Below, piece after piece: positions 59,524-64,000 of a stretch of DNA of 64,000 nt (position 1 is its first letter; every line of letters starts with the position of its first letter). Source of the DNA: an uncultured delta proteobacterium (lineage in GTDB: Bacteria; Desulfobacterota; Syntrophobacteria; BM002); assembly GCA_963712115.1 (NCBI GenBank), contig CAVQGX010000027.1:64001-128000 (forward strand), written 5' to 3'. The notes beneath the pieces are model-generated. The model was not told the DNA's origin and searched no databases. It saw nothing but the letters and a program-made list of their open reading frames with translations. Made by a program: the position numbers and the translations under genes.

Positions 59524-60603
59524 CTAATGCATAGCCTGGGAAAATATATACATGCTCGCAATGGTGAATAAGATATTGGGCATCCAGGCGGCTAGCACGG
59601 GTTGCAGGTTGCCGGTGTAACCAATAGACAGCATGAACTGAAACATAAGAAAATATATGAAGGCCAGGGCAACGCTAGCGGCAACTCCCACTGCGATCCC
59701 GCCCTTTTTCCCTTGATAGAGAGCAACGCCAATTCCCAAAAACGCCATAATTAAGGAGGTGAAGGGGAAAGCGATTCTCCCGTGGAAGTCCACCCGATAA
59801 CGGGTAGAATCATAACCCTCACTTTCTATTTCGGCAACATAACTGGCAAGTTCGGCAAGAGTCATCTCTTCAGAGGCCTTTTCAAGGTGTTGGAAGTCCT
59901 GGGGGCGCTCCTTTAGATCAAACCGTCGCCTCTGAAAATGCTCTGCGGTGAAATTGCCATCATCTGTCCGGCGGATGAAAATACCGTCCGAGAATATCCA
60001 GGAATGTCCATCCCACTCTCCCCGCCTTGCGTCTAGCCTCTCGGTCAATCGAAAATTGCCATCGAGCATGTGTATGGTAACTCCCTCGAGTAGCCCACGT
60101 TTAGCGTGTAGGACACGAATATTGTAAATGACTTGCCCGCTCTTGTACCAGACTTTCTCCTGTGAAAAGCTAGTTGGTAATGGACGATTCATTACCTGAA
60201 CATTCCAGATGTAGTTTGCCCGGGTACTGGTTAGAGGAACCAAATATTCTGATAGAGCAAAGTCTAAAATGCTCGCCAGCAGGGCGAGAGTAACTATAGG
60301 TCCGACAACAAGAACAGGGCCGATTCCGCTGGCCTTCAAAACCATGAGCTCGTTGCTTCTAGCCATCAACCCCAGGGTAATAAGGGTACCCATCAAAACA
60401 CCCATGGGGATGCCTTGCTGAACGACGAGCGGGAGCTTCAACATAAAGAAATGCAATGCAAGGGATAGGGGGAGTTTAGCCTCCAGAAAATCATCTATGC
60501 GTTCAAAGAAGTCGATAACCAGGTATATGGCGATAAACGCTCCCAAACAAATTGCGATTATCTTGGCGAGTTCTAGGCTGATGTACCGGCTAATGACCCG
60601 CAT
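59524..60603 (-). CDS. lptG: LPS export ABC transporter permease LptG/LptF
   Basis: ISRYI...DFFERIDDF, SNELMVLKASG, beta-jellyroll region, RIAFP, LAAWMPN; start moved to ATG at 60603. Confidence 0.85.
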   Translation of the reverse strand: MRVISRYISLELAKIIAICLGAFIAIYLVIDFFERIDDFLEAKLPLSLALHFFMLKLPLVVQQGIPMGVLMGTLITLGLMARSNELMVLKASGIGPVLVVGPIVTLALLASILDFALSEYLVPLTSTRANYIWNVQVMNRPLPTSFSQEKVWYKSGQVIYNIRVLHAKRGLLEGVTIHMLDGNFRLTERLDARRGEWDGHSWIFSDGIFIRRTDDGNFTAEHFQRRRFDLKERPQDFQHLEKASEEMTLAELASYVAEIESEGYDSTRYRVDFHGRIAFPFTSLIMAFLGIGVALYQGKKGGIAVGVAASVALAFIYFLMFQFMLSIGYTGNLQPVLAAWMPNILFTIASMYIFSQAMH

Positions 60604-60623
60604 TTTCTCTATCCACCATAGAA

Positions 60624-60800
60624 ATAAATCCGAATTTCGAATCTCGAAATCCGAAACAATTGCAAAATCCAAATATCAAATGTCCAAAACTTTACGCATA
60701 CCTATGAGCAGTTCTTCGATGCTTTCTTCCTATACACTAATCAACCAATCTAGTCATCCTGTTTTGGATTTCGTGCTTCGTGCTTAGGATTTCTAATTTC
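60624..60800. repeat. Heptamer-period palindrome (AAATCCG family)
   Basis: taaatccgaatttcgaatctcgaaatccgaaacaa ... tttggatttcgtgcttcgtgcttaggattt; related half-elements at 48955-48990 and 59462-59493. Confidence 0.65.
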
Positions 60801-61014
60801 CACTGCGACCTAATATATGGCCCGATGGCAGACAGGCAGCGAGAAAGTGTCTCACGAACCTTCTGAATGTGCGAGCAGGTTGTGGGTTTGTAAATGGAGA
60901 TTTCTGGCTGCCAAAGGCGAAGTAAAATCGCTTGACAGTGTCGGAAAGCATGTGCTATTCGTAGGACGGTTTTATAACTAACTAAGATCTCAAATTAACT
61001 CGGAAATCGGAGCC

Positions 61015-62439
61015 ATGAGCCACAATTCAAACGATCGAGAGTCAAAGGACAAAGAAAAGCAAGAAACAACCGAAGAGGATCTTGATTTCCAGTTGGATGA
61101 CTTTGACGATGAGATCATCGACCTACTTGATCCTTTGGAGGGAGAAGGTGCGGAATCCGATGATTCGTCTGCCCATGACGAAATATTGGAAGAGGACAGG
61201 GATCTCTCCTTTGAAGATTTTGATGTGGAAATGGAACTAGGGGAGGATGAGACAAGCGAAGCAGCTGCAGCAAAAACAGACGAGGGAATAACAGAAGACG
61301 ACCTTGTCACCGACGAGGCTCTCGCCGAACTCTTTGCCTCCCACGAAAGCGAAGTTGCTAAGCTTTTAGAGGAGGCCACGGGTTCTCCTGTTGAAGATGA
61401 AGAAGCTCCTTCTGCTGAGCCGGTTCCTCTTTCAGAGGAAGAACTGCCCGAGGATCTTTTCGCTGATCTCGATATGGAGCCTGAGGTTGTGAGCGAGGAA
61501 GCGGATGCTCCTGAACCGGTTCCTGTCCCGGAGGAAGAACTGCCCGAGGATCTTTTCGCTGATCTCGATATGGAGCCTGAGGTTGTGAGCGAGGAAGCGG
61601 ATGCTCCTGAACCGGTTCCTGTCTCGGAGGAAGAACTGCCCGAGGATCTTTTCGCTGATCTAGAGATGGAGGCGGAGGTTGCGGGCGAGGAAGGGGATGC
61701 TTCTGAACCGGTTCCTGTCTCGGAGGAAGAACTGCCCGAGGATCTTTTCGCTGATCTAGAGATGGAGGCGGAGGTTGTGGGCGAGGAAGGGGATGCTTCT
61801 GAGCCGGTTCCTGTCTCGGAGGAAGAACTGCCCGAGGATCTTTTCGCTGATCTAGAGATGGAGCCTGAGGTTGTGAGCGAGGAAGGGGATGCTTTTGAGC
61901 CGGTTCCTGTCTCGGAGGAAGAACTGCCCGAGGATCTTTTCGCTGATCTAGATATGGAGCCTGAGGTTGTGAGCGAGGAAGCGGATGCTTCTGAGCCGGT
62001 TCCTGTCTCGGAGGAAGAACTGCCCGAGGATCTTTTCGCTGATCTAGATATGGAGCCTGAGGTTGTGAGCGAGGAAGCGGATGCTCCTGAGTTGGTTCCT
62101 GCTGCTGAAGAAGAAGTTTCAGACGAAGTCGTTACCGATTTTGCAGGGGAAATAGACAGTGTTATCGACGAGACAGTTGTGGCGGCATCGGCACTGGCCC
62201 TGGGGGAAGAGCCCGAGGACGAGGTTACCGGCTTCGAAGCGGAGCCAGAAGAGGTAAGCCAGATGGATATTCCCGAAGAAATTGCCCCGGCTGCAGCAGA
62301 GGAGTTGGCAGCGCTGGTTAGTATTCAGGTTGAAGAAGTGGTGACCCGTCTGGTGGAAGAGAAATTGCCTTCAATTGTTGAACGCTTAGTTGCTCAGGAG
62401 ATCGAAAAGATCAAGAGTTCTCTGGAACCAGGGGAGTGA
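61015..62439 (+). CDS. Highly acidic, repeat-containing disordered protein with a PopZ/DUF2497-like C-terminal helix
   Basis: E/D/P-rich body; C-terminus VTRLVEEKLPSIVERLVAQEIEKIK; immediately upstream of valS. Confidence 0.75.
   Translation: MSHNSNDRESKDKEKQETTEEDLDFQLDDFDDEIIDLLDPLEGEGAESDDSSAHDEILEEDRDLSFEDFDVEMELGEDETSEAAAAKTDEGITEDDLVTDEALAELFASHESEVAKLLEEATGSPVEDEEAPSAEPVPLSEEELPEDLFADLDMEPEVVSEEADAPEPVPVPEEELPEDLFADLDMEPEVVSEEADAPEPVPVSEEELPEDLFADLEMEAEVAGEEGDASEPVPVSEEELPEDLFADLEMEAEVVGEEGDASEPVPVSEEELPEDLFADLEMEPEVVSEEGDAFEPVPVSEEELPEDLFADLDMEPEVVSEEADASEPVPVSEEELPEDLFADLDMEPEVVSEEADAPELVPAAEEEVSDEVVTDFAGEIDSVIDETVVAASALALGEEPEDEVTGFEAEPEEVSQMDIPEEIAPAAAEELAALVSIQVEEVVTRLVEEKLPSIVERLVAQEIEKIKSSLEPGE
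61417..62088 (+). repeat. Intragenic tandem repeat, 7 x 96 bp (32 aa)
   Basis: gaactgcccgaggatcttttcgctgatct recurs at 61441, 61537, 61633, 61729, 61825, 61921, 62017. Confidence 0.95.
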
Positions 62440-62468
62440 TTATATCCCGCGATTACTGGCGGGTTGCG

Positions 62469-62503
62469 AATGGGGGTTATTTGCATAATCCCCATTTTCT
62501 TTT
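62469..62503 (+). terminator. Rho-independent terminator
   Basis: aatgggggttat-ttgc-ataatccccatt stem followed by a T-rich tail. Confidence 0.6.
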
Positions 62504-62533
62504 GTCCCTTGCCCGTTGTCCGTGGTAAAAATA

Positions 62534-62616
62534 ATAATTCAGGGATTCAGGGATTATGGGATTGAAAAAAACGAAGCCTAATCTTTTAATTCCTTAATTC
62601 CCCAATTCCTCAATTT
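62534..62616. repeat. Octamer-period palindrome (GGGATTCA/AATTCCTT family)
   Basis: aattcagggattcagggattatgggattg ... taattccttaattccccaattcctcaatt. Confidence 0.6.
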
Positions 62617-62704
62617 CTTTACTGCGTACTTCGGATTATGATTGCCAGGAAAGATAAACTTCCCAGTGACTAAGGAAAACGGACATTCCAAAGGGAATAA
62701 GATT

Positions 62705-64000
62705 ATGAACAAAGGAATGCTACCCAAAGCATACGAGCCTGCAGAAGTGGAAGAAAAATGGTACCGCTTTTGGGAGGAACAGGGTCTGTTTCGGGCTGAG
62801 GAAACCAGTGGTGCCCCAGCCTATTCCATTGTGATCCCTCCACCCAATGTGACAGGTGATTTGCATATGGGTCATGCCCTCAATAACACACTCCAGGATA
62901 TTCTCTGCCGATACAGGCGGATGCATGGAGACAATGTCCTCTGGATGCCGGGAACCGACCACGCCGGCATCGCCACCCAAAATGTAGTGGAGCGCCAGCT
63001 GGCAGAAGAAGGTTTGGATAGGCACGAGTTGGGAAGAGAGAAGTTCATAGAAAGAGTATGGGAATGGCGTGAACTGTATGGAGGTAAAATAATCAACCAA
63101 CTCAAAAGGCTGGGAGCCAGCTGTGATTGGAGTAGAGAGCGTTTCACCATGGACGAAGGCCTTTCGAAAGCCGTGCGTTTGGTTTTCGTCTCCCTCTACA
63201 ATGAAGGTCTGATATATCGAGGCCAACGAATTATCAATTGGTGTCCTCGCTGCATAACCGCACTGGCCAACCTGGAAGTGGAGGCTGAAGAAAGGCCTGG
63301 CCAACTATACCATATCCGCTACCCCTCTCCGGATGGGGGTGCTGGTTTGGTAGTGGTTACCACCCGTCCAGAGACCATGCTAGGTGATACCGGCGTGGCA
63401 GTGCACCCGGAAGATGAACGCTACCGGGAGTTTGTTGGAAAGACAGTAATACTGCCCTTGCTGAACCGGGAGTTGCCCGTAGTTGCTGACGAATATGTTG
63501 AGATGAATTTCGGCTCCGGCACCCTTAAGGTAACTCCAGCCCATGACCCGCACGATTTCGAAATCGGTCAAAGACACGGACTACCACCGCTCAAGGTGAT
63601 GGATGATCAGGGTGTAATGAATGAGGAGGCCGGTCCCTATGTGGGCCTCGATCGCGATAACTGTCGTGAAAAGATAGTTGCGGACCTTAAAGAGCAGGGA
63701 TTTCTGCTAAAAATAGAGGACTATCAACATCGGGTGGGACACTGTTATCGCTGTAAGACAATCATCGAGCCGACCCTGTCTGAGCAATGGTTTGTATCGG
63801 TGAAGCAAATTGCCGAAGTTTCCATGGCAGCCGTGCGGGAAGGAAAAACCCGCATAATTCCTGAAATGTGGGAGAAGAACTACTTCGACTGGCTGGAGAA
63901 CATCGAAGACTGGTGCATATCAAGACAAATCTGGTGGGGACATCGTATTCCCGCCTGGTATTGTGAGGATTGCGACGAAGTCATTGTTGCCATGGAGGAG
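62705..64000 (+). CDS. valS: Valine--tRNA ligase, N-terminal part (runs off the window end)
   Basis: Not in ORF track (no stop). [12 protein letters not shown].., [57 protein letters not shown]. Confidence 0.97.
   Translation, partial: MNKGMLPKAYEPAEVEEKWYRFWEEQGLFRAEETSGAPAYSIVIPPPNVTGDLHMGHALNNTLQDILCRYRRMHGDNVLWMPGTDHAGIATQNVVERQLAEEGLDRHELGREKFIERVWEWRELYGGKIINQLKRLGASCDWSRERFTMDEGLSKAVRLVFVSLYNEGLIYRGQRIINWCPRCITALANLEVEAEERPGQLYHIRYPSPDGGAGLVVVTTRPETMLGDTGVAVHPEDERYREFVGKTVILPLLNRELPVVADEYVEMNFGSGTLKVTPAHDPHDFEIGQRHGLPPLKVMDDQGVMNEEAGPYVGLDRDNCREKIVADLKEQGFLLKIEDYQHRVGHCYRCKTIIEPTLSEQWFVSVKQIAEVSMAAVREGKTRIIPEMWEKNYFDWLENIEDWCISRQIWWGHRIPAWYCEDCDEVIVAMEE

Noticed and set aside
60604-60672. 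N-terminal extension of LptG (MDFAIVSDFEIRNSDL...)
   Set aside because: Derived from the heptamer repeat; the family-like start is MRVISRY at 60603.
61417-62088. Regular repeats as a CRISPR array
   Set aside because: Units are contiguous 96-bp in-frame coding repeats without unique spacers, and there are no cas genes.

Overview
64 kb of ordinary chromosome from a diderm anaerobe. The gene content (LptG, sigma54 system, DAC-YbbR fusions, DUF1003/DUF1614/DUF2914) suggests a Desulfobacterota-type deltaproteobacterium; this taxonomy is inference. No rRNA, tRNA, CRISPR array or intact transposase/integrase was recognised. The left third is ion and envelope homeostasis (mprF, mgtA, dedA, zntB, CPA2 antiporter, TrkA-USP fusion, CBS-DUF47-PiT), next to two tandem diadenylate cyclases, an acyl-CoA ligase/GNAT fusion and a DHH phosphoesterase. 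The centre (25.1-36.6 kb) is the most striking block. It holds a KamA radical-SAM aminomutase, two divergent Ddl-like ATP-grasp ligases, a GNAT-HDAC fusion and a GNAT in one operon, plus yitT, a DUF2914 gene and two small paralogues. All sit behind four sigma54 promoters that share a (C)GGAA-N7-TTC(C/T)G operator with near-identical geometry, beside a sigma54 activator with a degenerate receiver domain. The right part has mgtE, HtrA, two Hsp20, a Grx-TrxB fusion, c-di-GMP proteins, a solitary integron-cassette-like gene, lptG, and a PopZ-like acidic repeat protein directly upstream of valS. Intergenic DNA is densely populated by several families of MITE/REP-like palindromes. All product calls come from motif recognition by eye; no searches were run.
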